In this document: positions 1 through 12,892 of the stretch, in pieces
How the letters are laid out: the number at the start of each line of letters is the position of its first letter
Position numbering within the stretch: position 1 is the stretch's first letter
The notes under the pieces: generated by a model
Database searches by the model: none
The model's input: the letters and a program-made list of their open reading frames with translations, nothing else
Told to the model about the DNA's origin: nothing
Translations under genes and position numbers: made by a program
Origin: Octopus bimaculoides
Lineage: Eukaryota
Direction of reading: 5' to 3'
DNA: 64,000 nt
NCBI RefSeq assembly: GCF_001194135.2
Contig: NC_068991.1
Span: 43,651,018-43,715,017, forward strand

Positions 1-873
1 TCAGTGGTATATAAATTTATGCCCCATTGATTTGATACTAGTTTGAGAAGTGCCAAAGCACAAAACTCTAGATTCTTGAGTCACTCAGTAACTTCTGCCA
101 ATTATTAATAAAAAACATATATATGTATGTACATAATGAATGTGCACATGGGTGTGTATTGGGGATAAACAAAAAAACATAAATGAGGTATGTCAGGTAA
201 GAAAATAGTAGATCAAGAAATATTCATGATAAAGCTGTTAGATTAAATTTATTATCATAAGGATCCATAGTTGAGAGAAATAGCATGAGAATCACAATTG
301 GAGTGATACAGTTTTGCAGAGTTGCTCCAGTCAAACGGATATTAAAACAATGATGAAGTATTGATTAGATAGGTCATAACTGCATCTCCTTTCCATTTCT
401 AATCACACCACAGTACGTACATATGAGGGAATAAGCAATGAGGGAACCGCTTCTGCTTCAATTAACACAATATTTTTATTACCCGGATCTTACTATTCAT
501 TTCCAATATTGTTTTGTTTTTCTTCCAAAAAAGATCAGCAATGCAAAGGGTTGATATTTTATTCTAGCTTCTATATTGTTAAGTGGTCGATTGTCAGATT
601 TATTCCACTATAAAACATCAGCCTGCTGTTGTGCTTATTGACAGACATGCATGCAGATATAATCCACACATATTTCTCCCCACTGTTTCTATTACACAAA
701 CACACATCCACATATATATAGTTATCAAGTTTGCTTCTTAAGAAGTTTGTGACTAAGTCCCACAGTGCAGCATCTTCAGCAATTCTCTTCTACTCTCCAT
801 TCAATCCAAGCTTTTAAAGTGAAATTAGGTTGAAGACTGTGCAAAAGTATATTGGGCAAAATATACCTGTGAC

Positions 874-1096
874 TTAACATTTTAGCATTTAAACCAGCCA
901 GATCCAGCCCAAATATTCTACATGTTTTATGTTCAAACTGATCAGATCCAGCCCCTCTCACCTTCCCTACAATGTCATTCTAAAAATATACAATCACACC
1001 ATTGAAATCTTGAAGCTATGAAATAATACATGATTAATACAAAATGATGGAAATAAAAAGCTGATTGACAGAGTAATCTGAATGCTAAAGGATTAA
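874..1096 (+). mobile_element. piggyBac-like (TTAA) MITE
   Basis: Bounded by TTAA at both ends with degenerate C(CC)TTTAGCATT / AATGCTAAAGG(G) termini. The same family occurs at 24268-25186 (split) and 28740-28972. Confidence 0.65.
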
Positions 1097-2569
1097 GGAC
1101 CCAGCTATCACATAGTGTAGTACACTGATTCTAAGGGTAAAAAGTGTCTGAAGAATGTTTAGACAATTACATTAAATTAAAAGAATTAAGTTATTCTGGT
1201 GATTAAACAAAGAGAATAATTTGTTTGTTGAAATCCACAAGAAAGTCCACTAAATGTATGTCATCATCAACATCTTACATCTGCTTTCCATACTAGTATG
1301 GGTTAGGTGCTTTGGTAAAAATGCGATGAGTGAGAGGACCAAGCCATGCTCCAATGTGGTTTAGCATGGTTTCCATGGGCAGATGCCCTTCCTAATGCTA
1401 ACCACTTTATGGAGTATCCTGGGCCCTTTTTAACAGGGCACTAGACTTAGTGGGGTGGTTATGCAACTTAAGGGCCTAAAGGGAACCTCTACAACTGAAA
1501 GAAGAACAGGTTTATATTTTTGGAGTGTAGTAGAGGAGAGAGTAACAAAGTGTACATTGTGAGAAGAGAGAGAGTAGGTAAGGACTAGGAGTAAGAAAGA
1601 ATGGATTAATATCAGGTGTTAGTGAGAAAGAGATGAACAGAGTGGTAGGGGTGATAAGGTGGGTTGTTTAAAGGGGATCCAGTGCTATCTTATATTGCAC
1701 GGGCAAGTATTGTAAGGGAAGACATGAGAATGGAGAGTGGTGGAGAGGAGAGGGAGACTGAATTAGGTGAGAGTGGTGAGGAATCTAAAGTGGGGGGGTG
1801 AAGGAAAATGGAGGTTTAGTGGGTTGCGGAGGTAGGCCAGGGAGGGAAAGATTTAACAATATTTCAGTTTAATGTCTCTATTTAAGACTTTTGATATTTC
1901 CTTATTGGAAAAAAGTACTCAGTATATATACAGGAGTGTCCTGAGAAAGTCATAACAGTGATTGGAAGAGACTTTAGTGGCAAAAGAATGAATATATAAT
2001 GTATGCATATATGAATAATAAAATTATTTTTAACATATATCTGCTCCACTTGCATTGCATGACACTGTGGGTAAATGTACGCTATATAGCTCCAGGCTAA
2101 CCAAAGCCTTGTGAATGGATGTGGTAGATAGAAACTGAAAGAAGCCCAGTGTGTGTGTGTGTGTGTGTGTGTGTGTCTGTCTGTCTCTCTCCTTGTCATA
2201 ACATTGCATGACTGTTGTAAATGAATGTAATGATTTCCAGTATTCTGTGAAAACATCTGGCCATGGGGAAATACCACCTTGCTTGGAAACAGGAAAGACA
2301 TCCAGTTGTGAAAATCAGCCTCAATAAACTCCATCTGACCCATGTAAGAATGGAAAAGTAGATGTTAAAACATCGATGATGAATTTTATAACATAGAATC
2401 ACTCTCAATGATGAGTATAGAACCACACATATGACTGGGCAAATGACCAAAGTCACACTTTTGAGTAATAGTGCTTCTATGGTTGCTGTGAATACTGAGG
2501 AAGAGAGCAAATGTTAGTGGATACTGGAATTCATTTATTCACTACTATAATTTAGCAATAATGAAGGTG

Positions 2570-4450
2570 ATAATAGTACACCATTTTTATAGGCTTCTGA
2601 AGGATTTCATTGATTACTTCAAGCTTAGTAGTGGATTCTTGATTTAATACAGATTTAAAGTGTTCAGCCCATCTTTACAGCATTTCATCTGTGCTACTTA
2701 AGAGTTTGGTTTTGTCATTAGAAAGAATAGGTTTTGTACTACTCTTTTTTTGGACCAAATACACCTTTCAGATTGTCATACAATGCTCTCAGGTTGTGAA
2801 GCATGGCAGTTCACACACATGTATTGTACAATCTACCTTTCACTCTGAGCAAGAGGCCCTTTGTCACCAGTAGGGGTAGAAGCTTTCTAAACTTTACCCA
2901 GGCTATTCTTATTCTAGTGGTAACACTCTCTAAGAATGTTCCAGTTACCAGATGAGGTATGAGTCCAGGTGCTTTTATATTTAACTGCCAGCTGAAACAC
3001 TGTGTTTGTAATTGTTAGACCAAACTGTTGACAAAAAGACAGCAATCATCAACTGCTTTCATTCATTGTTTTTGTTCCATGCTTCCCTTATTATTTTTGA
3101 CTGCACTGTATGTTTGTTGCTTACTCCGGCATTAAAATTGCCCATCAATATGATTTTGTCATAATATGGAATTTTACTGAGAACTGTCTGCAGTTTGGAG
3201 TAGATGTTGTGTTCCTGTTCAGATGCTGATGAAGTAGGTGCATATGCACTGATAATGTGCATAGATGAGGAATTGCCCATGAGTATATGGAATGTCATGA
3301 GACACTCATCAACAGTTAGAGGGATGGATGGCAATTAGCGAATTAGAGATGATTTAATGGCAAAGCCAACATCATGAATTCTTGGTTCATCTGCTGGCTT
3401 TCCATTCCAAAAAAAAGTACAGTCACTTCCAACTTCTAATTCACCTATGTCTACAAGCCTGGTTTCACTTAGAGCAGCAATATCAATATTATAGGAGTAA
3501 ATTACCTTTGTAATTAGTACTGTTTTTCATTCTACATTGTCTTTGCTGTCTTGTAAAGTTCTTACATTCCAACCAAAGATTAGCATGCTTTTTTTATTCC
3601 TCTCATCTTTATCTCAATAGACTGGATGACAAGACATCTGCAGTTAATGCCAAGATTATTGAAGGCAACACTTTTTTTAGGATTCCTTTTCTCACCCCGC
3701 CTTGAATATCGGAGAAACTTGCCACACAAAGGAGGACATGAATCTTGCAGGTGTCTTCGGATTCTACAAAGAGATGGCCAACATCCTCTGTGCTGCCTAT
3801 GTGTGGGATTCTGGCTAGAACTTCCACCAACACCCATTGCCTGTTCCTGTCACCAGAGGGTTTTCAACTTGCCTTGAAACTACCTCCACAATGAATTTGT
3901 TTTAAGTGGTATGGGCTTGTGTCACTTGTCACACTCTCTTGTTCAGATAGCCTAGATTCTAGAGTATATTAATGCCACTTGGGGGAAAAAGCTGTCTGGA
4001 TGCAGGGCTGGTGGCTCAGGAGTACTGAAGATGGAATTTGTTCAGGCTTTAATAACAGAAGCTCCCACACCATTCATATGATGTCTATGATTTCCACTGG
4101 AAAACAGATGACATCGGATGGTCCTTATCCTCATTCAACCATTTTGTGGTTTTTCCACCTTCATCCCAAGGAAGAAGCTGTTGGTTACTGGCAGGTTGTC
4201 ACCAAGGTGACTAAGGAGTCCTACCTACCCCAGATTTTTAAATCAGAATGTTCCTTCTTTAAGACAGACTGCTGAACAAGGCTAATGGGCTCTGTCCACC
4301 AGATTGTGGATGGCCATTGACTCTTCCAAGTTACTTTGCCCTTTGCCAGGTTTCGCTTTTCATCCCGCAAGGTGTTCAAAATCAATATTTCACCCTCCTC
4401 ACCAAGCAAACTTAGTGGGGTTGCTGGTTTAGTCACTGACAGCCCAACCA
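2570..4450 (-). mobile_element. RTE/BovB-like LINE, 5' portion (5'UTR plus APE endonuclease), degraded
   Basis: Minus-strand translations include FGWNVRTLQD, YNIDIAALSETR, EPRIHDVGFAIK, IISAYAPT, IILMGNFNA and RWAEHFKSVLNQ, with stops and frameshifts. A fragment of the second RTE family is inserted at about 2780-2930. Confidence 0.8.
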
Positions 4451-4560
4451 TGTCACATGTTAATATTATTGTCTATTTTGACAAGTTACCATTATATCAC
4501 TGCTATCATTTGCACTACTTTTACCTGTTATATATAAATATAGATATGTGTGTGTGTGTG

Positions 4561-4595
<35 letters not shown>

Positions 4596-4597
<2 letters not shown>

Positions 4598-5102
4598 TTG
4601 TACTTGGGGATGGTCATATTGCCAGTTTAGCCAATAAAAACACACGCACTGTATATTTGGTGTTTTTTNNNNNNNNNNNNNNNNNNNNNNNNNNNNNNNN
4701 NNNNNNNNNNNNNNNNNNNNNNNNNNNNNNNNNNNNNNNNNNNNNNNNNNNNNNNNNNNNNNNNNNNNNNNNNNNNNNNNNNNNNNNNNNNNNNNNNNNN
4801 NNNNNNNNNNNNNNNNNNNNNNNNNNNNNNNNNNNNNNNNNNNNNNNNNNNNNNNNNNNNNNNNNNNNNNNNNNNNNNNNNNNNNNNNNNNNNNNNNNNN
4901 NNNNNNNNNNNNNNNNNNNNNNNNNNNNNNNNNNNNNNNNNNNNNNNNNNNNNNNNNNNNNNNNNNNNNNNNNNNNNNNNNNNNNNNNNNNNNNNNNNNN
5001 NNNNNNNNNNNNNNNNNNNNNNNNNNNNNNNNTAACACCAAATATACAGTGCGTGTGTTTTTATTGGCTAAACTGGCAATATGACCATCCCCAAGTACAA
5101 CA
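4596..5102. repeat. Inverted repeat flanking an assembly gap (probable foldback element)
   Basis: 4596-4664 is the exact reverse complement of 5034-5102, on either side of the N run. Confidence 0.8.
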
Positions 5103-5144
5103 ACATCTGTTTCAACACACGATTTCACATAAAAAATCTTGCAA

Positions 5145-5202
<58 letters not shown>

Positions 5203-5369
5203 TACACATGATAGACTCTCCCGTCATTAGACGACTTATGAGGGTTCGACAATTTCCTACCGAACAACCACACAGCTGATTTGTTTGTAGTGATCAAATG
5301 TTTGTGTAGACATAAGCTCACTCCCTCCATCAAATCAACATGATCTGTACAGGTGCAACATGTCAGATG

Positions 5370-5495
5370 CCGAAGTGATCGCAGAACAACATGAAATGAA
5401 GCGCTTCGCTCAAGAACACAACGCAACACCCGGTCTGGGAATCAAACCCACGATCTCGCAATCGTGAGTGCACCACCTTAACCACTGAGCCAGGT
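5370..5495 (-). mobile_element. Third tRNA-derived SINE family (head)
   Basis: The reverse complement reads GGCTCAGTGGTTAAGGTGGTGCACTCACGATTGCGAGATCGTGGGTTTGATTCCCAGACCGGG..TTGTGTTCTTGAGC. Similar copies lie at about 31470-31600 and 32283-32420. Confidence 0.65.
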
Positions 5496-7282
5496 GTCTT
5501 CATATATGCATACACCATTATATACATATTATATATATATGCATACACCATGATTTTAATGTCCTATTTTTTCATATTTCCTCAGGTCAGATGGAATTTC
5601 TATGGCTGAATGTCCTTCCTGACAACAATTCTAACCTGCTTCTGAGCAAGGTAATATTTCCCCATGGCTGAACATGTTTACACAGAAGATTGAAAATGAA
5701 CAATACTGCATGTATTCGTTTTGATAACTATCACATACTCTCACACACACATATGGTGGGCTTCTTTTAGCTGCTGTCTACCAAATTCACTTACAAGGTT
5801 TGTGAGTATAGTAGAAGGCACTTACCCAAGCTGCCATGCAATGGGACTGAACACAAAACTACATGGCTGGAAAGTGAACTTCTTAAACAGTCATGTAGCC
5901 ATGTCAGTATCTATGTACTTATGTATGTGTGTCTGTGTGTGTATAAACAATTCTGAGAAGCCCACAACTGGTAGAACATATTCAAGTGGGAGGAAAAAAT
6001 ATTCAAGTAATTCCATAAATACAGAAACTAGTAAAGTTTTTCATTCAACAGCTGATATATATACTCTTCAAATCCTAAATAAAATCAGTGCTAAAAATTT
6101 TCATCTGTTAATTCATTCAATAGCTGATATTATATATACTTTTCAAATACTAAAAACAATCTGTATTAAAAACCATCCAACTTAGATACCATGCTTTTGA
6201 TGTAATTATATTACATCAATTTTAATTTGATTTAAATTATTCATTAATTAATGAAATTACATCCTAGTAAAATATATAGAAATTCTAAGATGGAAAACTT
6301 GAAATTCTACTCTGTGTGTTGTGTGTGTCCAGTTCTCTTTTACCATTATAGAATAACAGCATTTAAATAGGTCATATTTTACTCACACACATAAAAGGTA
6401 TGTTCTAATATCACCATTATACACACCATAAATGCAAATACTCAACACATTGTTACAGGAAAGAAAACACACAATGGATACACTCATTCTATTATTAATC
6501 ATATATAAACCATGTTCATTTTTCACCAACACACACAAATACACAACAGATATCGGCACAGCCACACATATTTATATACAGCAATTTAAATTTCTTAAGT
6601 TTACTAACCAATATATTATAAAACACTATGGAAGCAACAAAACAACATTAATACACACACATGTACGCACACACACGCACAAATAGGTCATTACGTAGAA
6701 GAGTTGTGGGAGGAAGAAGTCATTGATCCATGCTGAAAAATTTATTGATTTTCAAGTTCAAAATCATGGAATGGTCGACATACATGCAATTCTGTTTAAA
6801 GTAACTGAAGGAACAATTGTACCCTGCTCAAACAATTTAATTTTCGCACACACAGATATCATCATCACCATTTAACATTACCTCTTCCATGCTGGCATGG
6901 GTTAGAAGTTCAACGGTAATCAATGAGCCACAGGCCTGTGTTGTGCTCCAAGCTCTGCTGTGTCATGATTTATATATATATATAAGAACACATGCACTCA
7001 TTTATAGATATGGATAACTATGACTGCATATGTAGTGCACTCATAAATTTAAACATAATGCCTAGTGTTACACACACACACATGCATATATGTAGATATG
7101 TTATTTATAAATATGCATTTCCAGTCTTCTATGAAAAGCATGTCTGGTCATAGGGAAATATCCCCTTACTGAGAAATAGGAGAGGGTTGGTGGCAGGAAG
7201 AGCATCTGGCTGCAGAAAATCTGTTTCAATAAATTTGTCTAACCCATGCAGGCATGGAAAAGTGGATTTTAAACAATGATCA

Positions 7283-7342
<60 letters not shown>

Positions 7343-7799
7343 CCATATATATAAATATGTATATCATCATCATCGTCGTTTAACGTCCGCTTTCCATGCT
7401 AGCGTGGGTTGGATGATTTGACTGAGGACTGGTGAAACCAGATGGCTACACCAGGCACCAATCTGATTTGGCACAGTTTCTACAGCTGGATGGACTTCCT
7501 AACGCCAAGCACTCAGAAAGTGTATATAATCCATATAAGAAGACAAAGAGTTTATCACATCTTTAATGGCCATTTACAATTGTTTTATACCACTGTTTTT
7601 AATGCCAATTCACCTAAAAGTTCCAAGTGAAAAGTTATGCAATCATCATCATCATTTAGCATCCGTGTTGACTGGAACTAGTAAGCTGGAGAGCTACACC
7701 AGGCTCCAGTCTGTTTTGGGTTTGGTTTCTACAGCTGTTTGCCCTTCCGAACACCAACCACTCCATAGAGTGTACTGAATGTCTTCTACATGTCATTGG

Positions 7800-8260
7800 C
7801 ATGGGTGCTTTAATGTGTTACCAGCATGGGTGCCTTACACAGGTCACTGGCACTGGCCATGACTACAACTTCATTATGCTTGACACGTCTTCTCAAGCAC
7901 AGCAAATTGCCAAATCACTTGTCATCACCTCCATGAGACTCAACACCCAAAGATCATATTTCATCACCTCATCCTACATCTTCTTGGGTCTACCACATCC
8001 ACAGGTTCCCTGCACAGTTAGAGATGGGCACTTCTTTACACAGCTGTCCTTGTACATACACATCATATGGCCATACCAGCAGAGTCTTTTCTCTTGCACA
8101 CTATATCTGATGCCACCTATACTCAATTTTTCTCTTAAGACACTTACACTCTACTGTATGTGCACACCAACATTTTGTGGTTTTAAACATTAAAACATTA
8201 GAGTGGCACTTCGTCAAGCTTGCATCAAAGGTGCACTCTTACATTGTACATCTGATATGA
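7800..8260 (-). mobile_element. RTE LINE 3' fragment
   Basis: Reverse complement of the C-terminal coding region and 3'UTR seen at 10600-11050. Further 3'-tail fragments lie at 7365-7520 and 7640-7800. Confidence 0.75.
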
Positions 8261-8320
8261 TGACAGGGGTTGAGTGCTGATTTGGAACTACCTTATCTTT
8301 TTGCCTTACCAGGACATACA

Positions 8321-8351
<31 letters not shown>

Positions 8352-8413
8352 TGTGGAAATGTACTTGCATAGCAAGTGACCTGATCTGAGATCGTGTGCT
8401 GAAACAAAAACAA

Positions 8414-8686
8414 TGCAGCATGGAAGGTGTTTACAAGCCATTTAAAAACACACAGAAACTGTTAGATTCACTTTAACATTTAAATTTAATTTGTCAAAAT
8501 ATTTTTGTCACTTTGAAACTGCGACCTGTTTACTGACAAAATTCCATGCTGCACAGAATTTTGTCAGTGAACAGGTTGCGGTTTCAAAGCAACAAAAATA
8601 TTTTGACAAATTGAATTTAAATGCTGAAGTGAATCTAACGGTTTTTGTGTGTTTTTAAATGGCTTATAAACACCTTCCACACTGCA
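8414..8686. repeat. Long palindromic (foldback) element
   Basis: Arms 8414-8544 and 8556-8686 (about 131 bp) are reverse complements around an 11-nt loop CATGCTGCACA. Confidence 0.85.
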
Positions 8687-8937
8687 ATTGTTTATATATA
8701 TATATTTACTTGGAAATGGATGCGTGGCGTTCAATTAAATAATAATATAAATAATATATATATATATATATTTATATTTATATTGTGGAAATGTACTTGC
8801 ATAGCAANNNNNNNNNNNNNNNNNNNNNNNNNNNNNNNNNNNNNNNNNNNNNNNNNNNNNNNNNNNNNNNNNNNNNNNNNNNNNNNNNNNNNNNNNNNNN
8901 NNNNNNNNNNNNNNNNNNNNNNNNNNNNNNNNNNNNN

Positions 8938-8994
<57 letters not shown>

Positions 8995-9009
8995 TATATA
9001 TATACAGGA

Positions 9010-10150
9010 TGGTATGACAAAATTTGGTAGGCTGCAGGGCTGCATCAACTTCCAGTATCAGCTTTGGAATGGTTTCTATGGCTGGATATAATTTCTACTG
9101 CCAACCACTTTACAGGGTGCATAGTTTTCTTTTTTTTTTCTTCTTTTTCTGAGTGTCACTGGCACTAGTGAGGTTGATGAGTAACTTGTAAGACAGGAAA
9201 AGAACAAGAAAAATCTCCCTTGACTAAGTGGAGGGAGTATTCAAAGTGTGAAGGTGGTTTTGTATGATAGAGGGACAAGCACAGGTGTCTTGCCATAAAC
9301 CAGATACAGGACTACTCAGCATTATATAAGAGTGGGTGGGAATAGCTGGGAAGAAGCTAAGATAGAAGTGATGGGTGCCAGAGCAAGCAAGGAGGTGAGC
9401 AACCAGGAGAGGGTATGGAGAGGTGATCAGGAGGGGGTAGGAGGGGTTTGGATTGAGTTATAAGAGTGTGAAAGCAGAGTAACAGATAGAGATGGGGCTA
9501 GAGGTGAATGTAGTGGGTGCTGGACAGAGGTAGAGGTGTGGCTTGATGGGAAATATCAGTTGGAGGTAAGGTTAGAGAAAGAGAAGTGGCTCAGAGATGA
9601 TAGATCAGGAAGAAGGGGAAGACATGTATCCAGAGATTGCACGAGGGACACTGTATGGAATTTCTCCCTACACCTTCCCTACAAACTAAGTGAGATCATG
9701 AGCATATAGGAGCAGCCAGTCTTAAATTCCTCTGTTATGACCTGGAAGACAATGACGAATAGGAGGGGACTGAGAACAGAGCCCTGGTGAATTCCTACCT
9801 ACACTCTAAATTAATCACTGAACACACGGCTACCTCTCATCTTACTGATAGCACCCCTGTATATGGGTTGTACAGCTTCCACAAGCCATTCACTTATCTC
9901 TAGGCCACCAGATCACACAGTGGGGACTCTGTCAAAAGCTCTCTCAAGGTCAGTGAATGCTAAGTACAATTTACTCTTAACTAAATACTTCTCCTGCAGT
10001 TGTCTAAAAAGATGGCATCAGTAGTACTTCTCTTTGGTACAAAAACAAACTGCACTTCATTTTGTTCTAATTTAACTGAGCTGTAATTACTCTAAGGCAT
10101 CTCCTTTACCCTCGTAACAGCTGTTACACTTTGATTCAGAGCATCTGGAG
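9010..10150 (-). mobile_element. Older RTE LINE copy (RT, start of PHD, 3' tail) with internal deletions
   Basis: The minus strand gives RSTTDAIF, RQLQEKYL, AFDRVP, GIHQGSVLSPLLF and YAHDL, then VCREGVGRNSIQCPSCNLWIH, then 3'UTR-like sequence. Confidence 0.7.
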
Positions 10151-10154
10151 GGCG

Positions 10155-11235
10155 ATATGTAGTACAACCTAGCTAAAACCAAAGTCCTAATAAGTAGCAA
10201 GGTACACAAAACACAAACGATTTCAGGTAGATATGGCCCTGCTCAATCTGTAGAAAAGGCGTAAGTAGAAACTCTGTAAGATGTACCCAGTGTAAGCTAT
10301 GGACACATAAGAGGTGCAGCAATATCAAAGGAAGGTTAACTAAGAGGTTAGTTTTTGTATGTGGCAGATATTCAGGAGCAATAAACACTGAAAATGTGCA
10401 AAAAACAACTTTGGCCACATTCCAGGGAGAAAAACTAGACGTAGTTGATACCATCCGCTATCTAGGTGACCAAGTTAGTAGTGGGGGAGGGTGCGCTGAA
10501 AGAATGGCCTGGGCAAATTTCAGAGAGCTCTTACCTCTGCTGGTGACAAAGGACCTCTCACTCAGAGTAAAAGGCAGACTGTATGACGCATGTGTACGAA
10601 CCGCCATGCTACATGGTAGTGAAACATGAGCCGTGACTGCTGAGGACATGCGTAAGCTCGCAAGGAATGAAGCCAGTATGCTCCGATGGATGTGTAATGT
10701 CAGTGTGCATACTCGACAGAGTGTAAGTACCTTGAGAGAAAAGTTGAACCTAAGAAGCATCAGTTGTGGTGTGCAAGAGAGACGATTGCACTGGTATGGT
10801 CATGTGGTGAGAATGGATGAGGATAGCTGTGTGAAAAAGTGCCACACCCTAGCGGTTGAGGGAACCTATGGAAGAGGTAGACCCGAAAGACCTTTGATGA
10901 GGTGGTGAAGCACGACCTTCGAACATTGGGCCTCATCAAGGCAATGACTTCTGACCGAGACCTTTGGAAATATGCTGTGTGTGAGAAGACCCAGCAAGCC
11001 AAGTGAGACCATAATCTAAGGCCTCTGCCAGGGATGTAGCCAGCCCACTTATGTGTACCTTCCCTTCACTGGACACTAAACTCTGTTTGCGAAGACCTGT
11101 TGAGGCAAGTGAAATCGAAATCGAGCTAAAGTCGATGACTGGCACCCATGCCAACGTCTCCTTCATTGGACACTAAACTCGGCTTGCGAAGACCTGTTAG
11201 GACAAGTGAAAATGAAATCGTGATGGCACTTGTAC
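10155..11235 (+). mobile_element. RTE LINE, 5'-truncated (RT C-terminus with PHD insert, plus 3'UTR)
   Basis: NLAKTKVLIS, WPCSICRKGV..CTQCKLWTHKRC, GEKLDVVDTIRYLGD, LHGSET, RRLHWYGHVVRM and GRGRP. The 3'UTR has an about 105-bp tandem duplication at 11060-11220. Confidence 0.85.
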
Positions 11236-11708
11236 CTTTTGCAATCTCATGAACTTAACCTGCCCACTCACCCTATCCATAAGTGCTGTTTCACTTATAT
11301 ATACACCTCTCTATCACTTGAGTGTATGCCCCAACACATCTTCATCACCATCTCTCTCTCTCTCTCACTGGGGGGAGATGGTGATACATGGCTACTCCAA
11401 CTGGAATAGTCATGAATCTCCTCTATTGTAAGACACCTGTTTCAGTCTCTCTATTCATACATTAACCTCCCATTACCTGGCACAAAACCACCACCCTCAG
11501 CATCACTCACCACTTATTTGAAGGGTCTTGTCTTGCAAGTTACTTGGTGACCTCATTGCTGTTAGTGCCTCATAAAAAGCACTGAGTTACACTCTGTGAA
11601 GTGGCTGGCATTACAAAGGGTATCCAACCATAGGCAACATGCCAAAGCAGACAGCAGAGCCTGATGCAGTATTCCGAATTGCCAGCATGGAAGAACATTA
11701 AATGATGA

Positions 11709-11742
<34 letters not shown>

Positions 11743-12465
11743 NNNNNNNNNNNNNNNNNNNNNNNNNNNNNNNNNNNNNNNNNNNNNNNNNNNNNNNNNN
11801 NNNNNNNNNNNNNNNNNNNNNNNNNNNNNNNNNNNNNNNNNNTGTGCATATACATGCATGGATACGTGCATGTACATGCACATACACATGAGCATATATG
11901 TATACATAAATATGTACACATGAACATAAATATGTACTTATACATAAATATGTACACATACACACAAAGTTATATTCATACATTATATATACATTAGACA
12001 CACGCACATATACATAATTACATATATACTCACGCACACACAAATGTACTTATATATTTATACAAACATGTATAAATACACACGCATACACACACATATA
12101 CACACGTGCGCGCGCATAGACACACACACGAAAGATACGCATATGGTAGTAGCATTTTTCAATATCCATGTAAAGATTGCCAAATTCAGAATCAGGCATA
12201 AAAGGAGGTAAAACTAAGCTAGTACTGAAAATGGGAGATTTGTTATTAAAAAAAAAGTGGGGGCTGGAAAGAAGATGAAACAAATGAGTTACGAATGGTT
12301 CATAGTCCGGAAAGGACGACAGCTGACAAGTTTCAAGTAGTTTTTAGATACACGAACATTGCTTGTATGTTGGGATATCTATATTCTTCCCACTCCCCGT
12401 CAATGGAGGCATACATTCAAGAATAATCTAGTTAGCCCTTCTAACCGAACCTTCTTAGAAAATTG

Positions 12466-12499
<34 letters not shown>

Positions 12500-12853
12500 A
12501 CACACACAAATACTAATAATAGATGTAATTAGACAACTTAATTCCTAAATTTATGGAGAAGAAACTTTGCAGGAAATTGGGAATAAATAACAGCAAGGTG
12601 GTTGTTACGAAAGAGACACATAGTTAGAAAGAAGTACAAAACATAACATTGTGAGCGAATAGGGAAGAAGATTATAAAACTCGCTTAACTCTTAATTCTC
12701 TCTTTCGCACAACTATGCTCAATCTCTCTTTATTTCCGATAAAAACACATATGGAACAGAGCAATGGAAAAAGGAGAACTAAAATGAAAGGAAATATGTA
12801 ACAATAAAATAGAAACTTAGCTGTTGCTAAATAATAAACTATTGATTACTTAC

Positions 12854-12892
12854 CATATCGTATACGTTCAGGACGACAGGTTCCTGAGCCAT
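12854..12892 (-). CDS. DESI2: Desumoylating isopeptidase 2 (PPPDE family), first coding exon; rest of the gene not found, probably left of the window
   Basis: The minus strand reads ATG GCT CAG GAA CCT GTC GTC CTG AAC GTA TAC GAT ATG|gtaagt = MAQEPVVLNVYDM. This matches the DESI2 N-terminal V-x-LNVYDM motif and ends at a perfect phase-0 donor. The expected next exon (YW.NEY..) was not seen in 1-12853. Confidence 0.8.

Noticed and set aside
4336-5227. Long ORFs containing X runs and YI/HT/CV repeats (also 8645-9091, 11562-12043, 13498-13867, 59325-59729)
   Set aside because: These are artefacts of N gaps and dinucleotide microsatellites.
9010-11235. Apparent twin-priming inversion of an RTE (RT on minus at 9690-10150, downstream part on plus from 10155)
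   Set aside because: The minus segment continues into its own PHD start and 3' tail, so two separate copies joined at their 5' ends explain it better.
12130-12224. Exon-like stretch on the minus strand (TSLVLPPFMPDSEFGNLYMDIEKCYYHM) near DESI2 exon 1
   Set aside because: In the phase required after exon 1 it reads TAC TAG (stop), it has no strong donor, and it does not resemble DESI2 exon 2.
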